Source: Planctomycetota bacterium
GTDB taxonomy: Bacteria; Planctomycetota; GCA-002687715; DRQF01
DNA length: 64,000 nucleotides
NCBI GenBank assembly: GCA_036479435.1
Contig: JAZGFI010000252.1
Location: 1-64,000 of the forward strand
Reading direction: 5' to 3'
Under the pieces are notes generated by a model. That model was not told the DNA's origin. It was given only the letters and a program-made list of their open reading frames with translations, and made no database searches. Position numbers and translations under genes: made by a program. Below, in pieces: positions 1 to 7,428 of this stretch (position 1 is its first letter; every line of letters begins with the position of its first letter).

Positions 1-390
1 CCGTTGGTGAAGACAAAGTGAACCGCCGAAGAGCGCTTGGCCAACGGCGCCAGGGCCACGCGGTGGAGGCTTGGTTGCCGCAGCCGCGAAGAGTACCGCC
101 CCTGATCAACCGGCACACACATCTAACTAACTTATTCTACTGAACTGGGTAGCGCGCGTTCGCGGGATAGCGCGGCAAGATAGTTTGTGTCACTTGTTTT
201 GGCGTAGTCCCTAAGGCTTGTCGGTGCACTGGGTTTGGGGCGAGTGTAGCAGGAACGGGCCTGAATATGTGGGGCGGATAACGAGGGCAGCTGGAGAAGG
301 CGGCGGCTTGCGGGGTGCGCTTGGTCTGCGAATTGTGGGCGAAGAGCTGCGGCTTGGGATCGTGGGAGTTCTGGGCGGTCGCGGGGTGCG

Positions 391-1872
391 CTAACGAAGT
401 GGCGTTTTGTTGCTTAGGTGGACCGGCAGTTCTGGTTCGCCTTCGTCGCTGTTGTTGGGGTCGCCGACGAGGGCGTCGAGGGCGAGGTCGAAGAAGGCTT
501 CTTTGGCGGCGCGCTCGTGTTCGAGGGCGCGGAGGGCGGCGTGCTTGGCGGTGTTTTCGCGTTGGAGGGCGGAGATGGCGTTGGCGAGTTCGCTGGCGTC
601 GTCGGCTTTTTGGTTGAGGAACCAGGAGGTGAGGAAGAGGCTGGTGCAGAGGAGGAACCAGGCGCCGACGAGGCTGGCCGCGGTGAGGGGGCGACGGCGG
701 CACCAGTGGCGAAAGCGGAGAAGCGGTCCGGCCGGCCGCGCCTGAATGGGCTCGTAGCTGAGGAAACGACGCAGGTCGTCGGCGAACTCTAGGGCTGTCG
801 CGTAGCGTCGATCGGGGATCTTGGCCATTGCGGTCTCGACGATGATCTTGAGATCGGTCGGGATTTTGGGGTTGAGTTCGCGGAGTGATTCTGGTTCCTC
901 GTGGCGGATCATTTCGACGAGAGCTTCGCGACTGGCCGCCCGGAAGGGGCGACGCCAGGCGAGGCACTCGAAGAGGGTCACGCCGAGAGACCAGATGTCA
1001 CTGCTGCGGTCGGTGCTTAATAGGTTTCCTTGCAGCGATTCGGGCGAGGCGTAGGCCGGACTGCCGTAGAGTTCTCCAGTGTGGGTGAGGGCGTGGCGGG
1101 CGTCTTCGAGACGCCGGGCGAGGCCGAAATCGAGGACGACGGTGCGGCCGTCTTCGGTGAGCATGATGTTGCCGGGCTTAAGGTCGCGGTGGACGATGCC
1201 AGCTTCGTGGGCGGCGTGGATGGCGCGGGCCGCGGCTTCGACGGCGATCACGGCTTCGCGTATTTCGTCTCGAGACTTTGGCCCGAGGTGCAGGGCGTCG
1301 GCGCCGTTGTCGGATTCTCCGGCGACTTCGAAGTAGTCCTCGTCACCGATCAAGGCGTCGATGCGCTGGCGCCGGATGCGTTCGGCGATGGTCTCGCCTT
1401 CGAGGAGAGGCATCGCGATGTAAGCGAACCCGTCGGCGGTGTCGGCTTCGTGAATGGGGCAGAGGCCGTGGTGATCGAGCTTTGAGGTGACCTCGGCTTC
1501 GCGCCGAAAACGCAGGAGCACTTCCTCGGCGTCGCCAGCGGAGAGATTCAAGATCTTGAGGGCTACCTCGCGACCCAAGCGCAAGTCTTCGGCGCGAAAA
1601 ACGCGACCTTGGCCGCCGCGGCCGATTTCTTGGCGCAGTTGATAGGGGCCGATGCGACTCGGAAATCCCGCGACCTTGGTTCCCGGTTCTTCGATGGCCA
1701 AACCGGCCAGGCTGCGCTCGAAGCTGACGTACTCCTCGGCCACCGTGACGTCGTCACCGGGAAAAAGCTCTAAGTACTCCATGAGTTGTCGCCGACGACC
1801 TGTGCGACGATCTTCGGCGTAGGTGCGCCGGAATCGTTGCGTTGTCGTTTTGCGAAGATCTGAAAAACTCAT
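391..1872 (-). CDS. Hanks-type Ser/Thr protein kinase with C-terminal TM helix and short coiled-coil tail
   Basis: Motifs IGRGGQGRVF, VALK, HRDLKPGN, DFGLAR, GSPAYASPE, SDIWSLG and a TM segment (ASLVGAWFLLCTSLFLTSWFL). Start moved to the ATG at 1872, which has GAGAGGAAAC upstream; the longer ORF-track extension overlaps the SRP RNA. Confidence 0.9.
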   Translation of the reverse strand: MSFSDLRKTTTQRFRRTYAEDRRTGRRRQLMEYLELFPGDDVTVAEEYVSFERSLAGLAIEEPGTKVAGFPSRIGPYQLRQEIGRGGQGRVFRAEDLRLGREVALKILNLSAGDAEEVLLRFRREAEVTSKLDHHGLCPIHEADTADGFAYIAMPLLEGETIAERIRRQRIDALIGDEDYFEVAGESDNGADALHLGPKSRDEIREAVIAVEAAARAIHAAHEAGIVHRDLKPGNIMLTEDGRTVVLDFGLARRLEDARHALTHTGELYGSPAYASPESLQGNLLSTDRSSDIWSLGVTLFECLAWRRPFRAASREALVEMIRHEEPESLRELNPKIPTDLKIIVETAMAKIPDRRYATALEFADDLRRFLSYEPIQARPAGPLLRFRHWCRRRPLTAASLVGAWFLLCTSLFLTSWFLNQKADDASELANAISALQRENTAKHAALRALEHERAAKEAFFDLALDALVGDPNNSDEGEPELPVHLSNKTPLR

Positions 1873-2156
1873 GTTTCCTCTCTTCAACGGCGCGGCAGCC
1901 GTTGATCTCTTCTCGACGGCTGTCGCGTCGTTGATCTGTTCTCGACGATGGCCAAAGTCGTCGCTTCCTTCATCACTACGAGCCAAGATGTCCAGGGCTC
2001 CAAAAGGTTCGGTTTTTTTGACCAACAATTTCTGGACGAGTGAGATGGCCACGAATTCCGAGCAAATCGGCGGACCGGCGGCGGGAAAAGTCAAGAGCGG
2101 CTCAAAGTGCGTCCCCGGCAAGGGTTTAGGGACTGGGCTTGATGCTGAGACCTTCC

Positions 2157-2184
2157 TTGTGAGGGACGCAAAAGGCCGTAGACT
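2157..2184 (+). promoter_or_regulatory. Putative sigma70 promoter for ffs
   Basis: TTGTGA-N16-TAGACT about 60 nt upstream of the SRP RNA hairpin. Confidence 0.5.
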
Positions 2185-2244
2185 ACCGCCCTTGCGCGCT
2201 GAGACCGCGTTTGGAGAATCTGGTGCCGACGAGCTGGGCCTTTT

Positions 2245-2386
2245 GGTTCCCATGTTCTGGGTACTCGGATCGTGATCCACGCAATGGACACCTGTGAACC
2301 AGGTCAGGCCTTGATCGGAGCAGCCTTTAGCAGTGCTGGCCATGTGCCGTGGGCCTCACGGTCCGAGTTCCCAGACCATGGGGACC
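2245..2386 (+). ncRNA. ffs: Signal recognition particle RNA (small bacterial 4.5S type)
   Basis: Core CTGTGAACCAGGTCAGGCCTTGATCGGAGCAGCC...GCAG...GTGCCG matches the 4.5S domain IV pattern. A long closing helix pairs GGTTCCCATG.TCTGGG.ACTCGGATCGTGA with TCACGGTCCGAGT.CCCAGA.CATGGGGACC. Location upstream of dnaX is a common one for ffs. Confidence 0.92.
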
Positions 2387-2516
2387 CCCAAAAGTCTCAA
2401 ATTCAATTCCCGGCTCGGCCCCGCCGCATGAATCCAGGGGAGTTGGTGACTCCAGGTGACCACGCCCGTCTCCTGGTCGTCTATAATCACCTCTTCGCTT
2501 CGCTGGACGCCCACGC

Positions 2517-4394
2517 ATGACCTACGAACCCTTCACTTTGAAATACCGTCCCCGGACCTTTGGGGATGTCGTAGGTCAAAAGGCCGTTGCCGCGACCTTG
2601 GCTCGCGCCGTCGAGACGGAGCGCGTAGCCAACGCCTACCTTTTTTGCGGCAGCCGAGGGGTCGGCAAGACTTCGATGGCGCGCATTTTGGCGAAGGCGC
2701 TCAATTGCTCCGACAAAAGCGACGGTCAGCCCTGTAACCAGTGTGATATCTGTCGGGCTATTGGCGCGGGTCAAGACATTGACGTCATCGAGATCGACGG
2801 TGCCTCGAACCGCGGCATCGACGATGTTCGTGCCATTCGCGACGGTGCGGGCTTTGTCGCTTCGCGCTCGCCGTTCAAGGTCTACATCATCGACGAAGTC
2901 CACATGCTGACGATCCCGGCATTCAACGCCCTGTTGAAAGTCCTGGAAGAGCCGCCGCCTCACGTGCGCTTCGTGTTTGCGACGACGGACCCGAATAACC
3001 TGCCGGACACGATTCTGTCGCGTTGTCAGCGCCATGAATTCCGACGCATCTCCGTTGATGACATCGTCGAACGTCTGCAGCACATCGCGGATCTTGAAAA
3101 CCTCGAAGTCGAGCCTGAGGCTTTGCGAGCGATGGCGACGCGGTCTCAGGGAGGGATGCGCGACAGCGTCTCGGCCCTCGATCAAGTCGTTTCCTACGCG
3201 GGCAACAAGATAACGCTCGCAGATCTTGAACTCGCCGTTGGCTTGCTCCCTCGCGACCATCTCGAAGGACTTTTTGTGGCGATTGCCTCGGGCGAGACGG
3301 CAGCGGTGCTCAGAGTCTTGCACAGGGCCTTTGGCTCTGGTTTTGATCCGCGGGAAGTGCTGAACGAGACCACTGAGCTGTTGCGCGAGATGATGGTGTT
3401 CAACGCCGATCCGGAGCAATACCGCGACGCCGCCAATGCCAAGTTGTTCGCCTCGGTGGCGCTAGAGCTCAACTTTGATCGCGTCTTGTATTTGCTCCGC
3501 TTGTTTTTGAACGCATCGGGTGAGATCAAGCGAAGCGGCCACGAGCGAACTCAGGTTGAGCTCACTTGTCTGAAGGCCGCGCGATCGACGGATCTTTTGC
3601 CTTTGCAAGAGATCGTCGAACGCATGAAGGGGAAGATTCCCATCGAGGCGAGAGCCGAGATTCCTGCCCAAGCTAGGGGCGAGATTCCTGCCCAAGCTAG
3701 GGGCGAGATTCCTGCCCAAGCTAGGGGCGAGATTCCTACCCAAGCGAGAGCCGAGATTCCTGCCCAAGCTAAGGGCGAGATTCCTGCCACGGTGAATCCT
3801 AGCGCGCCAACTGCGACAAGGATGGACTCGCCCCCCGCTGCCGAACTCCACGCTGCGGCTCCTACGGCCCGACAGGCTCCCGCTGCGCCCAGCCCCGAAC
3901 GCCGTATTCCAACCGCGCCGTCTGCATCCGCCGAGCCCCGAGAACCGCAGCCGGCACAACGCAGCGCGACTCCGGCTTCATCGCCCTCAGCCTCTAAGCG
4001 GCCGCTTTCGACGTCGTCTTTACTTGAAGGCTGGCCCAAAGTGCTTTCGTCCCTCAAAAAAACGAGCGCAGCCGTTGCCGCCGCGCTCTCCCAAGCCAAG
4101 CCCGAACGCATCGACGGACGCCGCGCGATTTTGAGCGTCCCGGCGGCCAAAAACTTTTTGTTCGAGCAGCTCACCACCAAAGACGCTCAACAACGCATCG
4201 GCGAAGCCCTTAGTGCCCATTTCGGCACGAGCGTGGCGGTGCAGTTCATCAAAGATCAATCTGTCGCCGCTCCCGCCGATGGTTCGGCACCCGGCGCGGC
4301 GCCCAAACCTAATGTTCATGAAGACCCCGCCGTGCAGAAGTTCATTCAGCACTTCGACGGCGGTGTTAGCAACGTGGAGAAGAAAGATGGCTAA
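2517..4394 (+). CDS. dnaX: DNA polymerase III subunit gamma/tau
   Basis: KYRPRTFGDVVGQ, GSRGVGKT Walker A, CNQCDIC zinc motif, EIDGASNRG, IIDEVHML, TILSRC; Pro/Ala-rich linker and C-terminal domain. Confidence 0.97.
   Translation: MTYEPFTLKYRPRTFGDVVGQKAVAATLARAVETERVANAYLFCGSRGVGKTSMARILAKALNCSDKSDGQPCNQCDICRAIGAGQDIDVIEIDGASNRGIDDVRAIRDGAGFVASRSPFKVYIIDEVHMLTIPAFNALLKVLEEPPPHVRFVFATTDPNNLPDTILSRCQRHEFRRISVDDIVERLQHIADLENLEVEPEALRAMATRSQGGMRDSVSALDQVVSYAGNKITLADLELAVGLLPRDHLEGLFVAIASGETAAVLRVLHRAFGSGFDPREVLNETTELLREMMVFNADPEQYRDAANAKLFASVALELNFDRVLYLLRLFLNASGEIKRSGHERTQVELTCLKAARSTDLLPLQEIVERMKGKIPIEARAEIPAQARGEIPAQARGEIPAQARGEIPTQARAEIPAQAKGEIPATVNPSAPTATRMDSPPAAELHAAAPTARQAPAAPSPERRIPTAPSASAEPREPQPAQRSATPASSPSASKRPLSTSSLLEGWPKVLSSLKKTSAAVAAALSQAKPERIDGRRAILSVPAAKNFLFEQLTTKDAQQRIGEALSAHFGTSVAVQFIKDQSVAAPADGSAPGAAPKPNVHEDPAVQKFIQHFDGGVSNVEKKDG
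3633..3788 (+). repeat. In-frame 24-bp tandem repeat in dnaX (EIPAQARG, about 6.5 copies)
   Basis: Unit GAGATTCCTGCCCAAGCTAGGGGC repeated head-to-tail with few substitutions. Confidence 0.95.
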
Positions 4395-4707
4395 AGGATT
4401 CGACCCCAGCGAGATCATGAATCAGGCTCGCAAAGTCAAAGACCAAATGGCGAAGACCCAGGAGTCTTTGAAGGAGAAAATCGTCGAGGCGGAAGCGGGC
4501 GGCGGTCTGATCAAGGTCTTTGTTAACGGCGGTAACGAAGTCGTGGGGATCAAGATCAACAAGGACGCCGTCGATCTCGAAGACCTCGGCATGCTCGAAG
4601 ACCTCGTGATGGTCGCGGTCAACAACGGCATCGAAAAAGCGACCGAGATGTCCAACGAAGAGATGAACAAGATCACCGGCGGCTTAGGCCTCGGGGGCAT
4701 GTTCTAG
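4387..4707 (+). CDS. ybaB: YbaB/EbfC family nucleoid-associated protein
   Basis: MAKGFDPSEIMNQA...EAEAGGGLIKV...MLEDLVMVAVN...ITGGLG; lies between dnaX and recR. Confidence 0.93.
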   Translation: MAKGFDPSEIMNQARKVKDQMAKTQESLKEKIVEAEAGGGLIKVFVNGGNEVVGIKINKDAVDLEDLGMLEDLVMVAVNNGIEKATEMSNEEMNKITGGLGLGGMF

Positions 4708-5324
4708 TGAAGGAATTTGCCGAGCCGCTCGCGCGGCTCGTCGAAGAATTCGAAAAACTCCCGGGCGTCGGCGCGCGGACGGCCGAACGCTTGGCCTACC
4801 ACGTCTTGAAAATCGAGCGCGAACCGGCCATGGCTTTGGCGCGCGCCATTCGCGACGTCAAAGACTCTCTGCGCCCTTGTTCCGTCTGTCACAACATCGC
4901 GGAAGCCGATCTTTGCTGGATTTGTCGGGCCGACGATCGCGATCGCACACGAATCTGCGTGGTGGAGCACGCCAAAGACCTCATCGCCCTCGAAAAATCC
5001 GGCGCTTACCAGGGTCTTTATCATGTGCTCTTGGGTCGGCTTGATCCTCAGCGCGGCAAAGGCCCCGGCGAAACGACCATATCGTCACTACGTCACCGTT
5101 TGGAGACGCCGACCAACCCTGCGGTCGAAGAAGTCATCCTTGCCACCAACCCCGACGCTGAGGGCGACGCCACGGCCTTGGCGCTCAAAGAGGTCCTCAA
5201 AGATCTGCCGCTCAAGATCAGCCGAATCGCCCGGGGATTGCCGTCTGGGGGCAGCATTGAGTTTGCCAACGTCGAGATCTTGAAGGATGCCCTTCAGGGC
5301 CGCGTCGACGTCGCCGATCATTAG
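4707..5324 (+). CDS. recR: Recombination mediator RecR
   Basis: LPGVGARTAERLA HhH motif, CSVC..C..C zinc finger, EVILATNPDAEGDATA TOPRIM motif. Confidence 0.97.
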   Translation: MKEFAEPLARLVEEFEKLPGVGARTAERLAYHVLKIEREPAMALARAIRDVKDSLRPCSVCHNIAEADLCWICRADDRDRTRICVVEHAKDLIALEKSGAYQGLYHVLLGRLDPQRGKGPGETTISSLRHRLETPTNPAVEEVILATNPDAEGDATALALKEVLKDLPLKISRIARGLPSGGSIEFANVEILKDALQGRVDVADH

Positions 5325-5344
5325 AACGGGGAATAGTCTCTGAC

Positions 5345-5361
5345 TTGGCCTTGTTTTTGCT
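5345..5361 (+). promoter_or_regulatory. Putative sigma54 (-24/-12) site upstream of rpoN
   Basis: TTGGCCTTGTTTTTGCT: GG(5347-48)-N10-GC(5359-60), close to the TGGCAC-N5-TTGCW consensus. Confidence 0.6.
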
Positions 5362-5429
5362 GTATGGCAAGATGAGGTAGAGCTTGGTGAACCCATTTTG
5401 GGTTCCAAGCCTGAATAGAATCGGCGGTT

Positions 5430-6875
5430 ATGGCACTCGAACTCAGACTCAATCAGAAACTTGATCTCCAGCTCAGGCTGGCTCCACAGATCATTCAGTC
5501 GATTGAAATCTTGCAATTACCGTCCGTGGATTTGCAAAGCCTCATCGATCAAGAGCTCGACATCAACGACTACCTCGAGGTGAAGCCCCCAGAGGACGAA
5601 TCCCTCGACGGAGCTTCCCCCGCTGAAGCCGCGGCCGAGACCGTCGAAAACCCTGAACTTGATGGCCGGGTGGCCGAACTCGGGACGCTCGAGGCGTCCG
5701 GCAACTGGGACGAAGAACTCCCACGCTATAAGAGTGGCATCAATCAAGAGGCTTCGGACCGCAAACAGGAGGCGATGAACAACACCGCCGACCACGGCCC
5801 CTCGCTCCAAGATTTCTTGCTTGCCCAGTTCAGCATCATGGAACTCGATCCTGAGTACCGCGAAATTGGCGAGACGATGATCGGGTTCGTGAACCGGCAG
5901 GGCCGCTTTGAGGGTGAGTTTGAAACCATCCTCATCGACTACCCAGAGTTTGATCTCGACGACGCCGCCTACGTGTTGGACCGCATTCAAAGCCTTGAGC
6001 CACGGGGCATTGCCGCGCGCGACACCAAAGAGTGTTTGCTGCTCCAGCTCAACCCGAAGACGGACCACCTTTACGAGTTGAAGCGTCGCCTGATTAGCGA
6101 CTATCTCGAAGATCTCGCCCGCAACCGCCGCCCGAAGATCGCCAAGGCCCTATGCATCGACTACGAAGAACTCGACGAATTGGTCGCCGAACTTGCCGAA
6201 CTTGACTATCAACCCGGCCGCACCGCGGTTGATGACGAGCCGCACTACATCTATCCCGATATCATCGTGGATTGGTCGCCCGAAGGCTACGAGGTCCGCC
6301 TCGCCAACGACAAGATGCCGGGCCTGAAAGTCAACAAAGAAGAAGCGTCCGCAGTCCTTTCTAACTCCGCAGTTCCCACCGCCTTCAAAGAGGAAGTGCG
6401 CAAACAGATCGATAGCGCGAGTTGGTTGGTTTCTGCCATCGCGCAGCGCAACGATACTTTGCTTCGCGTTGCGACGCGAATTGTTCACTACCAACAGGAC
6501 TTCTTAGAGTTTGGCCCGCACTACCTGCGTCCGCTAAAGATGCAGCAGATCGCCGATGACCTCGGCATCCACGTTTCCACCGTGAGTCGCGCCACCAACG
6601 AAAAGTACATGCAAACGCACCGCGGCATCTTCAGTCTCAAGTCTTTCTTCACGGGTGCGACGACCAGCACCGACGGCAGCGTCGAATCACGCGCCTCCGT
6701 CCGTCAGCGCGTCAAAGAAATCGTCGACGCCGAAGACAAAAAAAAGCCGCTCTCCGACGAAGCCATCGTTAAGCGTCTCAAAGAAAACTTCGGCATCGAA
6801 GTCGCCCGCCGCACGATCACCAAGTATCGCAAGGCTCTCAGCATCCCCTCCACTCGCCAGCGCCGCACCTACTAG
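5430..6875 (+). CDS. rpoN: RNA polymerase sigma-54 factor
   Basis: N-terminal APQIIQSIEILQL, HTH IADDLGIHVSTVSRA, RpoN box ARRTITKYR. Confidence 0.98.
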   Translation: MALELRLNQKLDLQLRLAPQIIQSIEILQLPSVDLQSLIDQELDINDYLEVKPPEDESLDGASPAEAAAETVENPELDGRVAELGTLEASGNWDEELPRYKSGINQEASDRKQEAMNNTADHGPSLQDFLLAQFSIMELDPEYREIGETMIGFVNRQGRFEGEFETILIDYPEFDLDDAAYVLDRIQSLEPRGIAARDTKECLLLQLNPKTDHLYELKRRLISDYLEDLARNRRPKIAKALCIDYEELDELVAELAELDYQPGRTAVDDEPHYIYPDIIVDWSPEGYEVRLANDKMPGLKVNKEEASAVLSNSAVPTAFKEEVRKQIDSASWLVSAIAQRNDTLLRVATRIVHYQQDFLEFGPHYLRPLKMQQIADDLGIHVSTVSRATNEKYMQTHRGIFSLKSFFTGATTSTDGSVESRASVRQRVKEIVDAEDKKKPLSDEAIVKRLKENFGIEVARRTITKYRKALSIPSTRQRRTY

Positions 6876-6878
6876 TCA

Positions 6879-7415
6879 CATCCGGTGCCCATCCGGTGCC
6901 AGGCACCCCGCCGTCACTATTCAGTACCACCCTCCCGATGAAGGTGCTTGATATCTGCCCCTCAAAAACCTTGACGTCGTATTTTGCGATCTCGGGCCTA
7001 GCGAGAAAGGTAAATGGCTACCGAGCAGATTTCCGCACTACGAGGTGGCACCTATAGAGGCCCAACGATGTCGTCGGGCAAAGGGCCATCGAAATCGTCG
7101 TGTATTTGAACGAGTCCTTTCCATTGACTTCCTTTGCGCTCAAGGTCTTCTGCACGGATGCCCACCAGTCTTGCTACCGGCTTGCCGGCCTCGGTGATGA
7201 TGAACTCTTCTCCTTCGCCGACCAGCTGAAGAAGCTGGGAGAGTCGCGTCTTCGCTACCTGGGTACTCACGGTTTTCATGTTGTCACGCCGCTAAACTTG
7301 GGCCGGTTGGCCAGAGCAGGTTTGAAAGTAGTGGTTAACTGAGGTCGCTTGTATCACATTCGGACCTGGTACTGGAAAGTGACGGCTGGGTGCCTGGCAC
7401 CGGGTAGCACCGGGT
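6879..7415. mobile_element. Small cassette bounded by 37-bp inverted repeats, carrying an antitoxin gene
   Basis: 6893-6929 and 7367-7403 are reverse complements at 34/37 positions; each contains the palindrome GGTGCC(A/T)GGCACC. Confidence 0.6.
7052..7279 (-). CDS. Phd/YefM family antitoxin (orphan)
   Basis: MKTVSTQVAKTRLSQLLQLVGEGEEFIITEAGKPVARLV...DDFDGPLP is a typical prevent-host-death family pattern. Confidence 0.88.
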   Translation of the reverse strand: MKTVSTQVAKTRLSQLLQLVGEGEEFIITEAGKPVARLVGIRAEDLERKGSQWKGLVQIHDDFDGPLPDDIVGPL

Positions 7416-7428
7416 AGGCAGCCGATGG

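Noticed and set aside
1..125. Possible minus-strand gene start running off the left edge
   Set aside because: Too short to support; no recognisable motif or RBS.
137..967. Long Arg/Pro-rich or antisense ORFs (e.g. 137-967, 2487-3419, 22637-23425, 35364-36434, 37480-38496)
   Set aside because: Shadow frames of confidently identified genes in a GC-rich genome; no motifs.
1873..2343. N-terminal extension of the kinase ORF (650-aa version)
   Set aside because: Overlaps the SRP RNA and its promoter; a good RBS precedes the ATG at 1872.
3633..3788. Tandem repeats as a CRISPR array
   Set aside because: Units are contiguous with no spacers, in frame within a CDS, and no cas genes are present; the same applies to 20260-20334.
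4056..4062. A7 run in dnaX as a programmed -1 frameshift site
   Set aside because: The frame is CTC AAA AAA ACG, not an in-phase A AAA AAG/C heptamer, and it lies late in the gene.
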